From Nitrospirota bacterium (GTDB taxonomy: Bacteria > Nitrospirota > UBA9217), in contig CAWFSF010000006.1 of NCBI GenBank assembly GCA_963818475.1, positions 672,001 to 736,000 on the forward strand: a stretch of 64,000 nucleotides of DNA. The letters are read 5' to 3'. Below are positions 1 through 11,517 of the stretch, piece after piece. Numbering within the stretch: the stretch's first letter is position 1; every line of letters begins with the position of its first letter. Made by a program: the position numbers and the translations under genes. Under the pieces are notes generated by a model. The model saw only the letters and a list, made by a program, of their open reading frames with translations. It was not told the DNA's origin and did not search any database.

Positions 1-11
1 AAGGAGCAGTC

Positions 12-482
12 ATGAACCTTAAAGAATTGAAAGAACTGATAGAGATGCTGAAGGACACCGATATCTCGGAGGTGGAGATCGAGCGTTCCGGCGTGAAGGT
101 GAGGCTCAGAAAGGGCGGCGACGTGACCTACCATCCCGCCATGCCGCGCATGGAGTATCCGCCCGCTGCTATCATCGCGCCCGCAATGCCAGGCAGCTCC
201 GGCTCCGGCCGCGGAAAAGCCCGCTGAGCCGGTCAAGACGAGCCAGATCAAAGTGACCTCTCCCATCGTCGGCACGTTCTACCGGTCGAGTTCTCCGGAT
301 AAACCATCCTATGTGGAGGTCGGCGATACCGTAAAGAACGGCCAGGTGCTCTGCATCATCGAGGCGATGAAGCTCATGAACGAGATCGAATCCGAGACCG
401 CCGGAAAGATCGTCCAGATCCTTGTCGAGAACGGTCAGCCGGTGGAGTACGGCCAGCCGCTGTTCGTGATCGAACCGCCTGA
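12..482 (+). CDS. accB: Biotin carboxyl carrier protein of acetyl-CoA carboxylase (frameshifted in this read)
   Basis: N-terminus [13 protein letters not shown] in ORF 12..227; biotinyl domain SPIVGTFY...[10 protein letters not shown]...VEYGQPLF in ORF 253..; end approximate. Confidence 0.9.
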
Positions 483-540
483 TCGATTGCATTCGAATGA
501 GAACGATTCCATGAAAAATCACGGTGTTGAGGTGAGCTGC

Positions 541-1894
541 GTGTTTAAAAAAATACTGATCGCCAATCGCGGCGAGATCGCGCTCCGCGTCATCCGGGCC
601 TGCAAGGAGATGGGCATCAAGACCGTGGCCGTCCATTCCACGGCCGATGCCAATTCTCTCCACGTCCGTTTTGCCGACGAGAGCGTCTGCATCGGACCGC
701 CGAAGAGCGCGGACAGCTATCTGAACGTGCCGAGCATCATCAGCGCGGCCGAGATCACGGATGCCGAGGCCATTCATCCGGGGTACGGTTTCCTGGCCGA
801 GAATGCCAGTTTTGCCGAGATCTGCAACTCCACGGGCATCCGGTTCATCGGCCCCAGCCCGGAAAGCATCAAGCAAATGGGCGACAAGGCCAAGGCCCGG
901 GAAACGGCGCATCAAGGCCGGCGTACCCGTGCTGCCGGGCAGCAACGGCGTCGTGACCGAAGAGAAGCAGCGCCATCGAGATCGCCCGCGAGCTCGGATT
1001 CCCGGTGATCGTCAAGGCGGCGGCCGGCGGCGGCGGCAAGGGCATGCGGGTCGTGATGGACGAGGCGGATTTCGCGAACGCCTTCGTCATGGCCCAGACC
1101 GAGGCGCTGGCGGCGTTCAGCAACGCCGATGTCTACATCGAAAAATATATCCTTCAGCCCCGCCATATCGAGATCCAGCTCATGGCCGACGAGAAAGGGC
1201 AATGCGGTCTATCTCGGCGAGCGCGAATGCTCCATCCAGCGCCGGCACCAGAAGCTCATCGAAGAGGCCCCGTCGGTCATCGTCGATGCGGCCCTGCGCA
1301 AGGAGATGGGCGAGATGGCCGTGGCAATCGCCAAGACGCGTGCGATACCGCAATGCCGGCACGATCGAGTTCCTCATGGATGAGGACCGAAGATTCTATT
1401 TCATGGAGATGAACACCAGGATCCAGGTCGAACACCCGGTGACCGAGATGGTGACCGGCATCGATCTGGTAAAGGAGCAGATCCGGGTTGCGGCGGGCGA
1501 GCCGCTCTCGTTCACGCAGGAAGGATATCAGGATCAGCGGGCACAGCATCGAATGCCGCATCAATGCCGAGGACCCGGAGAAGTTCACTCCGTCACCCGG
1601 CACGATCACGGCGTTCAATCCGCCGGGCGGGCTCGGGCGTCCGCGTGGAAACCGCTGCATATACCCAGTATGTGATTCCGCCCTACTATGACTCGATGAT
1701 CGCAAAGCTGGTCGTGCATGCGGACGACCCGGGACGATGCGATCATGCGGATGCAGCGTCGCTCTGACGAATTCATCATCGAAGGCGTCAAGACCACGAT
1801 CCCCATGCACAAGAAGATCCTCGATGACCCGGATTTCCAGAAGGGCGACATTTCGACGAAGTTCATGGAGCGGTACAATAACCCGCAAAAGTGA
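541..1894 (+). CDS. accC: Biotin carboxylase (several frameshifts)
   Basis: [68 protein letters not shown] spread over successive frames. Confidence 0.93.
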
Positions 1895-2505
1895 TCTGAG
1901 AGGTCTCTGCCTGATCCTGGACCAGGACCTCGCTGCCGTATCGACCCGGTGGCAGGCGGCGGCCCAGGCGCAGAGCGGGGGCGTGACGTTCTTTCAGTAC
2001 CGGAACAAGAACGGCACGCGGCGTGCAGATCTATGAAACAGCGCTTCGACCTGGCGCGGGTCATCCGCGCAAGCTGGAGCGCTGTTTCATTGTGAACGAC
2101 CATGCCGACATCGCCGCCGCTGTCGGGGCCGATGGCGTTCATCTGGGACAGGATGACCTTCCCATCGAGGCCGCCAGGCGCATTCTCGGCCCTGAAGCGC
2201 TGATCGGCATCTCGACACACAGCCTGGAACAGGCCAGAGCAGCGCAGAGCAGCGGGCGCGGATTATATCGGGTTCGGCCCCATCTTTCGGACCGCGACGA
2301 AGGATGCCGGGGCGGTCCAGGGACTTGAAAGCCTGGCAGCGGTCATCAGCAGGCGGTCTCGATTCCGGTCATTGCGATCGGCGGCATCACCCGGGACACC
2401 ATCGGTGATGTCATGAGAGCGGGAGCCGACGGAGCGGCGGTGATCGGCGCGATCTGTGCAGAACAGGATATTACGACAGCGGCTGCGGAATTGATCAGGG
2501 CATGA
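1891..2505 (+). CDS. thiE: Thiamine-phosphate synthase (frameshifted)
   Basis: [38 protein letters not shown] motifs; start uncertain. Confidence 0.85.
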
Positions 2506-2542
2506 CGAGCAGGCAGTTACCAGAGAGTTCAGAGGGGGGATC

Positions 2543-3650
2543 ATGAAAAAATCTGCTATTCGATCATGGCAATGCTGGCGCTGCTGATCGGCTGCACTCA
2601 GCAGGACGACAACGTGATCAGGATCGGGGCCGCAGGCCCCATGACCGGCGACCAGAGCAAGATGGGCATCGATCTGAGGAACGGCGTGGAACTGGCAGTC
2701 GCCGAATGGAACGAAAAGGGCGGCGTTCTGGGAAAGAAGATCCAGCTGGTCCCGGGCGACGATCAGGCAGACCCCAAACAGGCCGTTTCGATCGCGAACA
2801 AGTTCATCAACCAGAAGGTAGTCGCCCTCGTCGGACACTGGAATTCCAGCTGCTCCATCAACGCTTCGCACGTATTACAACGACGCGAACATCGTATGCA
2901 TCAGCCCTGCCACCACCAATCCCCGGCTGACCCAGCAGGGGTTAAGAAGGTTTTCCGGGTGTGCGGCACCGACGACCAGCAGGGAGGAGTGGCGGCCGAA
3001 TTCGTTCTGAAGACGCTGAAGCCGAAGCGGGTGGCCGTCATCCATGACAAGACGACCTATGGACAAGGGCTTGCCGATTATTTCAAGAAGGCCCTCGAGC
3101 GACAAGGTGCAGGTCGTCTATTACGACGGCATCCAGACCAGAGGGACCCGGACTACAAGGCAGTCCTGACCTCGATCAAGGAGAAGAAGCCTGAGCGTCT
3201 ATTTCTTCGGCGGCGTCTATCCTGAAGCAGGGCAGGCTGGTGCGCCAGGCCAAAGAGGTCGGCATGAACATCCCCATGATCACCGGGGACGGCGTGTTTG
3301 ACCCGACCTTTATCAGCATCGCCGGCAAGTGCAGCTGAAGGGACCTATGTGACGTTCGGCAAGGACCCGTCAGGGCTGCCGTACGTCCAAAGCGTTCAAT
3401 GAAAAATACACGGCCAAGTACGGCGCACCGGGGCCTTACTCCATCTATGCCTATGATGCGGCAAACATCATTCTTACGGCGATCCAGAAGACCGGGACAA
3501 CGGACGGAACGGCAGGTCGCTGCGTATATATCGAAGAACACCTTCCACGGCGCTTTTGGCGACATTTCTTTTGACAAGAACGGGGATGTGACCAAGGCGC
3601 CCTATGTGGTCTGGAAGGTCAAGGACGGCAAATTCGTTGAAGTGAAGTAA
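2543..3650 (+). CDS. Branched-chain amino acid ABC transporter substrate-binding lipoprotein (LivJ/LivK family, frameshifted)
   Basis: Lipobox LLIGC; [37 protein letters not shown]. Confidence 0.88.
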
Positions 3651-3696
3651 ACGGGCGGAAACAATTCGGAACGCTTTCCTGCATCTCGGATCTATC

Positions 3697-4603
3697 ATGT
3701 TCACCCAACAGCTCATAAACGGTCTTGCCCTGGGCGCGGTGTATGCTCTGATCGCGCTGGGCTATACCATGGTGTACGGCATCCTCCAGCTCATCAACTT
3801 TGCCCATGGTGAGGTGTACATGCTCGGGCGCCTACCTGGGCATCATCGTCTTCGGCGTGCTGACCTACTGGGGACTTACCGCGTACAGCCTGACGCTGTC
3901 CCTCCTGATCACGGTCCTCGTGTCCATGGCGTTCTGCGCAGCTCTATGGCGCGGTCATCGAACGCGTTGCTTACCGGCCGCTCCGCAATGCCGCCAAGCT
4001 TACCCCCCTGATCAGCGCCGTGGGCATGTCGATCATTCTCCAGAACTTCGTGATGCTCGCCCAGGGCAAAGAGTACAAGAACCTGCCTCCCATGCTTCCC
4101 TCCGAGGGGTTCAACCTCTTCGGCGCGAATGTGTCTCCCGTGCAGATATTCATCCTGACCGCGTCCATCCTGATGATGATCGCTCTCCAGCTTTTTGTTT
4201 CAAAGACCAGGCTCGGGCAAGGCCATGCGCGCCACGTCCCAGGACCGGGTCATGGCAGGCCTGGTGGGAATCAATATCAATCAGGTCATTTCGATCACCT
4301 TCATGATCGGTTCGTCCCTTGCGGCAGTGGCAGGGGTCATGGTCACGCTTTATTACGGCGTGGTCCATTTCTCCATGGGCTATACTGCGCGGGCATCAAG
4401 GCCTTCACCGCGGCCGTGCTCGGCGGCATCGGGAGCATCCCCGGCGCCATGCTCGGCGGCTTCATGCTCGGACTGATCGAGAACTTCGGCGCCAGCTACA
4501 TTTCGAGCGTCTATAAGGATGCCTTTGCTTTCCTCGTTCTTATCATCACGCTCATCATCCGGCCTTCGGACTGTTCGGGCAGAAGACCATGGATAAGGTT
4601 TAG
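3697..4603 (+). CDS. livH: Branched-chain amino acid ABC transporter permease (frameshifted)
   Basis: [35 protein letters not shown]; [21 protein letters not shown]. Confidence 0.88.
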
Positions 4604-4632
4604 ACAGTTACGATCAAATCGTCTTAAACAGT

Positions 4633-4752
4633 GAACCGCGAATGTACGCGAATGAACGCTAATCAAAAACAAGACTTATTGCATTCTATTCGCGTTAATT
4701 CGTGTACATTAGCGGTTAAATAGCTTTCTGCTTCCGGTTTGTCCGGGTCAGG
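4633..4752 (+). repeat. Palindromic element with 9/10-nt periodic arms and conserved end motif (family C)
   Basis: aaccgcgaatgtacgcgaat...attcgtgtacattagcggtt followed by ttccggtttgtccgggtcagg. Confidence 0.7.
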
Positions 4753-4779
4753 TTCATCATCAATTCCCAGGAGGTTTTC

Positions 4780-6070
4780 ATGTCTGACATCAAAAAAATG
4801 TACAAGACCATCATGGCGGACAATTTTCCGCCCGAAATGACCATCAGCTTCGGCGATCAAAAACTGGTGTACCGGAAACGGTCATGGAAGCTTGAGGACG
4901 GAGCGGGAGAAATGATCGAGAAGGGACTTCGCTACGGCGAGAACCCGGACCAGCAGGCAGCCATGTACCAGCTGGTGAGCGGGAATCTTGCTCTTGCCGG
5001 GGTCAAATTCATCGAGCCGGGGAACGGTCTGGTGAGCTCCATTACGGAAGAGCAGATGCTCCAGGCAGGCAAACACCCGGGGAAGACGAACTTTACGGAC
5101 CTGGACAATGCGCTCAATATCCTGAAGTATCTTATGGACCGTCCTGCAGCCATCATCCTGAAGCACAACAACCCCTGCGGCGCTGCATACGGAAAGACCG
5201 TGTTCGATGCCTACGACCGCGCGAACATGGCTGACCGCATCGCCGCTTTCGGCGGATGTCTCGTGGTCAACCGGGCCATGGACAAGCAGACGGCGGAGCT
5301 GGCGAACTCGAACTATCTCGAGGTCGTCGCTGCCCCGGATTTCGAGGAAGGCGCGGTCGCTATCCTTGCGAAGCGCAAGAACCTGCGGATCATCAAGCTC
5401 GAAAAGATCGCTGATCTGGCAAAGTACCGGGACATGAGCTTCGTGGAATTCAAGGCCTTAATCGACGGCGGCCTCATCGTGCAGCAGTCCCAGAAGAACG
5501 CCATCCGCACCAAGGCGGATTTCCAGGAAGCGAAGACCACGTATAAGGGGACCGAATACAAGATCGAACGGAAGCCGACGGACAAGGAATACGATGACAT
5601 GCTCTTCGGCTGGAACGTGGAGCAGGGGATCACGTCCAATTCCGTCATCTATGTGAAGGACGGCGTCACCGTCGGCATCGGCACCGGCGAGCAGGACCGG
5701 GTCGGTGTTGCCGAGATCGCCATCTTCAAGGCCTATACGAAGTATGCCGACGGGCTTTGCTTCAAAAAATTCGGCGTCCCCTATAAGACCTACGAGCTTG
5801 AGGCGCAGCCAGGGCAAGCGGGACAAGGGTGCGCTCAAGGAGATCGACGAGCAGACGAAGAAGGACAAGGGCGGCCTCATCGGTTCCACCATGGTCTCGG
5901 ACGCGTTCTTCCCGTTCCGCGACGGCGTGGACGTGGGGCTCAAGGAGGGGATCTCGGCGATCGTGCAGCCCGGCGGCTCGGACAGGGATTTCGACGCAAT
6001 TACCGCCTGCAATGAAGCAAACCCGAAGGTGACCATGGTGTTCACCGGGCAGAGGGTGTTCAAGCATTAA
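4780..6070 (+). CDS. purH: AICAR transformylase (PurH C-terminal-type, lacks the MGS/IMPCH domain; one frameshift)
   Basis: [50 protein letters not shown]. Confidence 0.85.
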
Positions 6071-6095
6071 TTCACGCAAGGCGGATAGTAAATAA

Positions 6096-6132
6096 AAAAG
6101 CCCTCAGACGATTCATTGGTCTGGGGGCTTTT
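6096..6132. terminator. Bidirectional rho-independent terminator
   Basis: aaaagccctcagac...gtctgggggctttt hairpin between convergent genes. Confidence 0.7.
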
Positions 6133-6221
6133 GATTTTAGTAGGGAATTGTTAAGTACACCTACTACTCTGCGCTGGCGATCTAGTGACAAGGGTAAAAA
6201 ATACCAGTTGTAACCTGTATA

Positions 6222-6288
6222 TGAATACGCCAGGTGAGGGGCAGCCGGAGCGGTGAAGCCGCTTCCCTCTCGAACGAACTGTTAGGGC
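6222..6288 (-). other. Degenerate attC-like site
   Basis: Minus strand GCCCTAAC (contains the ORF stop) AGTTCGTTCGAGAGGGAAGCGG-CTTCA-CCGCTCCGGCTGCCCCTCACCTGGCGT; right end degenerate. Confidence 0.45.
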
Positions 6289-6743
6289 ACATTTCTTTGC
6301 TTCTCCCGCACGAGATATTCGATTGACACGCCCTCCAGGCTCGCAAGCTGACGACCTGGCTGGGTGAGCGGGTCAAGGAACACGCGGAGGTGGTGATCAC
6401 CTTCCCATTTAATCTCAGGTGGACGCCCCCTTTCATCATTGGTGGACAATGCATAGAAGGCGACGGACGAATCTGGATCTCCGTGCCGGAAAGAGGACTG
6501 ACTCGATGGGCTAACGTGAATTTCGTCATACAGTGCGCCCGCCCCGAAACCAAGCCCATTGTGAACAACCTCAACGGTGGCGACCAACGCGCCTGAGGGG
6601 TTAGGGAATTTATGGAACTCCATAACCTGCGGCTTCCCTTCTGAGCATGCCAAGATAAACAAAGCCGACATAATTGCGCTCAAGTATGCTGCAATTGTCC
6701 GGGCGCGTCGAAAGTTGAAAGTACCAGCTATAGTCATGTTCAT
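6282..6743 (-). CDS. Hypothetical lipoprotein
   Basis: Hydrophobic leader ending FILAC; no recognised family. Confidence 0.55.
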   Translation of the reverse strand: MNMTIAGTFNFRRARTIAAYLSAIMSALFILACSEGKPQVMEFHKFPNPSGALVATVEVVHNGLGFGAGALYDEIHVSPSSQSSFRHGDPDSSVAFYALSTNDERGRPPEIKWEGDHHLRVFLDPLTQPGRQLASLEGVSIEYLVREKQRNVP

Positions 6744-7008
6744 GCGCTCTAAGTGATTATCTAGCCTCCCTGCTCAGCACACGCTTAGGCAGTTTAGCAA
6801 AGGGGATATCAACTTTTTTGACAACGTCTATGGACGGCTGGAACTCTTTCACTTCTTCAGGTTGTAACATGCAATCTGCTGCGTTTTCGTGGATTGCGCA
6901 GTACAGGAAAAAGTATATGCTATGCAGATTTATTGTCAATTGAAAGAAGAGAAGTAAAGAAAAAGCACTATTCGTGTGAAATGGTCGGTAGTTCCAGATA
7001 GGTTCACT

Positions 7009-7789
7009 TCATATCAATGCCCTCATCTCCTCCAGCTTTTCCTCAGCTGCCTTCTTCCCGCGCTTCAACAGCTCTTTCGCCTTGGAAAGGTCGTAGATCG
7101 GTATTCCCTTCGCATTCACGTGAATGGCCACGTCTGCCAGCTTTTCCTCTTCACGGGCGTTCTTCGATGCCCAGAGCGCGGACAGGTGCGTTGCGATGGA
7201 TATCATATTATTGTAATCATCCGATTCCATGGCCTGATAATTCACGTTCACGGAGATAACCTTCTTCATTCCCAGGTCTTCCCGAACAGCACGGACCGGT
7301 ATCTGGCTCGAAATGCCGCCGTCCACCAGGAGTTTATTATTGAGCTCGGTCGGGGTGAAGAGGATGGGCACGCTGCAACTTGCCTGGACGGCCTTTGCTA
7401 TGGAACCGCTCGTTATGACGACCTTCTCGGCTGTTTTAAGGTCAGTGGCTACGACTGCAAGGGGAAGGGGAAGTGCGGAGAACTTCTTGATCTGAAGCAC
7501 GGACTCCATGAACTCATAGATGCCGATCGCTTGATATCAGACCTTGCTTCGGTATCGTGAATTTGAGCACGTCCTTCCATTTCGTGTGCAAGAGGAGGCG
7601 TTTAATCTGGGAAAGGGGCATCCCGGCGCAATAGAGAGCGCCGATAACGCTGCCTGCGCTCGTGCCGGCGATAGCATGGATGGGGATGCCTTCCTGCTCC
7701 AGAGTGTCCAGAACCGCGATATGGGCAATGCCGCGGGCTGCGCCGCCGGAAAGTGCCAGTCCTATGGTCTGGGCAGGTGGTCGCGGCAT
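7009..7789 (-). CDS. Patatin-like phospholipase (one frameshift near 7515)
   Basis: [15 protein letters not shown] nucleophile, DGG motif. Confidence 0.88.
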
Positions 7790-7903
7790 TGAGTCTCCCC
7801 CCGAACTATTTGTTAAAAAAGACCACAAATGAGTACCGCCATGACCAAAGGCCATGGCGGAGCGAAAATCCAGTGAATCGGCAATGCAGAACCGGTTTGC
7901 GTG

Positions 7904-8506
7904 CTACTTCGTTGCCAGTTTCGATGTGGCATCCTTGACATGAGCTGCCATGTCTTCGAAGGCATAGAGTACGCAGAGATAGGTCGATGATGATTTGGGG
8001 ATGCACTCGCCCGATGCGAGCCGGTCCTCATGGGCGGTGGCGTACTCGCTGGTCATGCGCTCGATGGTGTTGCTGTCGGCAATGACCGTTTCCACGGCAG
8101 CCTTGGCGCCCGTAACCGCTGCTTCGCCGGCCTTCTTCAGGACTTCCTTTGATTTCGTAAAGAGCTTTCCCGTCTCCATGATGGCCTTGTCGCTGAACAG
8201 CTGGCCTTCCTTGATCCGGGTCCTGCTGTTGTCGATGATCCGCCTGATCGCGGTGGCGATCTTCTCGATCTGGGCGGGCACGCCGAGAATGGCACGGGCC
8301 TCAGCGTTCGAAGCAGCCATTTTGGCGAGTGTTGCGGTCAGCGCATCTTCCCTCACATGGATCTCATTCGCGAGATCTTCCGCCTGGTCCAGGGACGCCA
8401 GCTTGCTCTTTGCAAAGCCGTCCTCGGTAAGCTCCAGCATTTCCTGCGCTTTATGCATGATCAGGAAAATTTCTTTTTTGACGTCTTTGATCGTCTGTTC
8501 CGGCAT
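7904..8506 (-). CDS. PhoU-like helical domain protein
   Basis: All-helical; HEDRLASGEC motif resembles the PhoU-type C-terminus of Na/Pi cotransporters. Confidence 0.6.
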   Translation of the reverse strand: MPEQTIKDVKKEIFLIMHKAQEMLELTEDGFAKSKLASLDQAEDLANEIHVREDALTATLAKMAASNAEARAILGVPAQIEKIATAIRRIIDNSRTRIKEGQLFSDKAIMETGKLFTKSKEVLKKAGEAAVTGAKAAVETVIADSNTIERMTSEYATAHEDRLASGECIPKSSSTYLCVLYAFEDMAAHVKDATSKLATK

Positions 8507-8812
8507 GAGGTGGATCTCCTTTCAGTCGACCGTGCCCATTACCACGCAGGGCAGAGTCCGCTAAACCATGGAAACTATATCAGAAATCAGGCGCCCTGAC
8601 ATGTTAATTTTTTTTATATCAATATTGCGATGATTTATAGAAATTGCATCAACGCTCATCCCTTTCTCTGAGCAGGGAACGGCAATCCTAACTTTCCATT
8701 CCTTGATCTAATTGTAGCATATCAATGTGTTTTAACGGGTTTTTTCTTGACTTACACGGTGGGCTGGTATACTCTGCGTCCACTATTCCTACCCATACTG
8801 CCGGAGTGCCCG

Positions 8813-10078
8813 ATGCCCTTTTTTGCCGGAGAAATCTTTGTCAGCGAGATCATCAACAAGCCGGTGCTCGACCAGAAGGGCGAGGAGATCGGCAGGCTCA
8901 AGGACATCGTCATCGGTCCCGGAGAACCCTTTCCCGCGGTCTCGGCACTCGTTGTCGCTGGCGGCAGGACCACCTGCATCATCCCCTGGGACATCGTCAA
9001 TCTCTTCAATCGCCGCGTCATCTCCGTAAATGTGATCAGTTCACAGCTCGCCGCCGCCTCCGTTGTCCCGACCGACATCCTGATCGGCCGTGACATGCTG
9101 GACAAGCAGATCGTGGACATCAACGGCGCCAAGCTGGTGCGGGTGAACGATCTCGAACTGGGCGACGTTTCCGGGAAGCTTTGTCTCGTGGCTGCTGATA
9201 TCGGGCTGCGCGGCATTCTGCGGCGGCTCGGGATCGAAGCCCGAGGAGAGAAGTTCCTGTCCCTGTTCCGGTACCGGCTGCAGCACAAACTGATCGGGTG
9301 GAACTATTTGCAGACCATCGAGCCGCGCCTGTCGAAACTCACGCTGACCATTTCGGGATCCAAGGTGGCGAAGCTGCATCCGGCCGACCTTGCCGAGATC
9401 ATCAGCGAGGTCTCCCAGAAGGAACGGACAGCCATCTTCGGCAGCCTCGATGTTGAAACAGCGGCCGAAGCCCTGCACGAACTGGAACCGCAGGTCCAGG
9501 CCGATATCCTCGACGACATGACCAACGAGAAGGCTTCGGACATCCTGGAACAGATGCCGCCCGACGAGGCGGCTGACGTGCTGGGCGACCTGCCCGAGGC
9601 CAGGGCGCAGGAACTTATCCACCTGATGGACAAGGAAGAGGCCGAGGACGTCCAGGAACTGCTCGAGCATGAGGAGGACACCGCAGGCGGCCTCATGACC
9701 ACGGAGTACCTTGCCTTTACGCAGGACATGACCGTCGAGGATGCGATCAAGGAACTGCGGCTTGCGGCGCCTGATGTTGAAACGATCTACTACCTCTATA
9801 TCGTTGACGAAGAAGAGCGGCCGGTCGGAGTGCTTTCGTTCAAGAACCTGATCCTTGCCAAGCCGAATTCGATGATCAAGGACATCATGAACACGCCGGT
9901 GAAGACGGTCCCGCTCGATGCGGACCAGGACACGGTGGCGGAGTTCATTTCGAAGTACAACCTGCTCGCGGCGCCGGTGGTGGACGAGAACAATGTCATG
10001 AAGGGGATCGTCACCGTCGACGACGTCGTTGACTTCCTGCTCCCGACTGCGTCGAGAAAAAAACGAAGAAGATTGTAG
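8813..10078 (+). CDS. MgtE-like cytoplasmic protein (PRC-barrel x2, MgtE_N, CBS pair; no membrane domain)
   Basis: LDKQIVDINGAKLVRVND, LHPADLAEII, EDTAGGLMTTEY, GIVTVDDVVD then stop. Confidence 0.88.
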   Translation: MPFFAGEIFVSEIINKPVLDQKGEEIGRLKDIVIGPGEPFPAVSALVVAGGRTTCIIPWDIVNLFNRRVISVNVISSQLAAASVVPTDILIGRDMLDKQIVDINGAKLVRVNDLELGDVSGKLCLVAADIGLRGILRRLGIEARGEKFLSLFRYRLQHKLIGWNYLQTIEPRLSKLTLTISGSKVAKLHPADLAEIISEVSQKERTAIFGSLDVETAAEALHELEPQVQADILDDMTNEKASDILEQMPPDEAADVLGDLPEARAQELIHLMDKEEAEDVQELLEHEEDTAGGLMTTEYLAFTQDMTVEDAIKELRLAAPDVETIYYLYIVDEEERPVGVLSFKNLILAKPNSMIKDIMNTPVKTVPLDADQDTVAEFISKYNLLAAPVVDENNVMKGIVTVDDVVDFLLPTASRKKRRRL

Positions 10079-10198
10079 CATACCATCAGCGAGAGCTCAT
10101 AACGGGCGCGCGCCGTCTCCGGTCACGCGCCGCTATCCGCGGCAGGCTTCCGTTCCGTTGACCAATCTCGGCAAAGATGCGGTGGGGTCCTTTGTATC

Positions 10199-11449
10199 GT
10201 GAAATTCATTGACCGTATAAAAAATATGAAGCATGCCCGATGGCTCGTGCTGCTGAGCGTTATCGGACCCGGGTTCATCGCCGGGAACGCGGGCAATGAC
10301 GCGGGCGGCATCGCCACCTACTCCATCGTCGGCGCCCGGGAGGGCTACGGCCTGCTCTGGGCGCTCGTGCTGATCACCTTCGCCCTTGCCGTGATCCAGG
10401 AGATGTCCGCCCGGATGGGCGTCGTGACCGGCAAGGGATTCGGCGACCTGGTGCGGGAGCAGTTCGGCGTCAAGGTGACGCTGGCCGTCATGGCGCTCTT
10501 TGTGTTTGCCAACCTCACGGTGACCATTGCCGAGTTCGCCGGCATCGCAGCCAGCATGGAGCTCTTTGGCGTGAGCCGCTATATTTCGGTGCCGATCTCG
10601 GCCTTCGTGGTATGGCTGGTCGTGGTAAAGGGGAACTTCAAGCAGGTCGAGCGTTTCATGATCGTCATCAGCATGATCTACCTGACCTACGTCTTCTCGG
10701 GCTTCATGGCGAACCCGCCGTGGAAGGAAGTGGCGAAGCAGATCGCGCTTCCGCATATCAGGATGGACAAGGACTACATCCTGCTCTTCATCACCATGGT
10801 CGGGACCACGATCACGCCCTACATGCAGTTCTACCTCCAGTCCGCCGTGGTGGATAAAGGCGTCCGGATCGAAGAGTACGGCTACGCCAAATTCGACGTC
10901 TATGCTGGATCGTTCATGACCGTCTTCATCGCCTTCTTTATCGTGCTGGCGACCGGCACGATCCTGCACCCGGCCGGTGTTGTGGTGGATTCGGCCGAGC
11001 AGGCGGCACTGGCTCTGGAACCGCTCGCCGGCGACTTTGCGTCCCACCTCTTCGCAGTCGGTCTGCTGAACGCCTCGTTCCTGGCCGCCTTTGTCCTGCC
11101 CCTGGCCACGGCCTACGGCCTGTCCGAGGCCTTCGGCTGGGAGTCGGGCATCAACAAGACCTTCAAGGAAGCGCCGCAGTTCCTCGGCTTCTATACCGCG
11201 TTCATCGTGATCGGGGCGGGAATGATCCTGGTCCCCACCATGCCGCTCATCAAGATCATGTTCCTGTCCCAGACCATCAACGGCATTCTGCTGCCCATCG
11301 TGCTTGTCATCATGCTCCGGCTGGTGAACGACAAGGAGCTCATGGGAGAGTACGTCAATTCAAAACGGATGAACATCATCACCTGGATCACCGTGGCCAT
11401 ACTTATATTGCTTACTGTGATGCTGGTTCTGACGAGCGTTATTTTTTAA
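10199..11449 (+). CDS. NRAMP-family divalent metal transporter, Mg-type subfamily
   Basis: GPGFIAGNAGNDAGGI, QEMSARMG, GTTITPYMQF; about 11 hydrophobic segments. Confidence 0.88.
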   Translation: MKFIDRIKNMKHARWLVLLSVIGPGFIAGNAGNDAGGIATYSIVGAREGYGLLWALVLITFALAVIQEMSARMGVVTGKGFGDLVREQFGVKVTLAVMALFVFANLTVTIAEFAGIAASMELFGVSRYISVPISAFVVWLVVVKGNFKQVERFMIVISMIYLTYVFSGFMANPPWKEVAKQIALPHIRMDKDYILLFITMVGTTITPYMQFYLQSAVVDKGVRIEEYGYAKFDVYAGSFMTVFIAFFIVLATGTILHPAGVVVDSAEQAALALEPLAGDFASHLFAVGLLNASFLAAFVLPLATAYGLSEAFGWESGINKTFKEAPQFLGFYTAFIVIGAGMILVPTMPLIKIMFLSQTINGILLPIVLVIMLRLVNDKELMGEYVNSKRMNIITWITVAILILLTVMLVLTSVIF

Positions 11450-11517
11450 AAAGAAGGGTTCGGTCTAAAAAACGGCAGGTTTCAATGACGGGTTTCTCTG
11501 TTTGAAATGGTTTTCGA

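Noticed and set aside
253-1008. Apparent AccB-AccC fusion ORF
   Set aside because: A likely single-base loss just before the accB stop; accC has its own GAGG RBS and GTG start at 541.
12-6070. Mass pseudogenisation or programmed frameshifting (also 20-30 kb and 43-46 kb)
   Set aside because: Indels hit essential genes (accB, accC), cluster regionally and come without in-frame stops, which is typical of long-read consensus error.
9041-10081. Long antisense ORFs (also 10133-11047, 30564-31577 and others)
   Set aside because: Shadow ORFs of GC-rich coding genes with no recognisable motifs.
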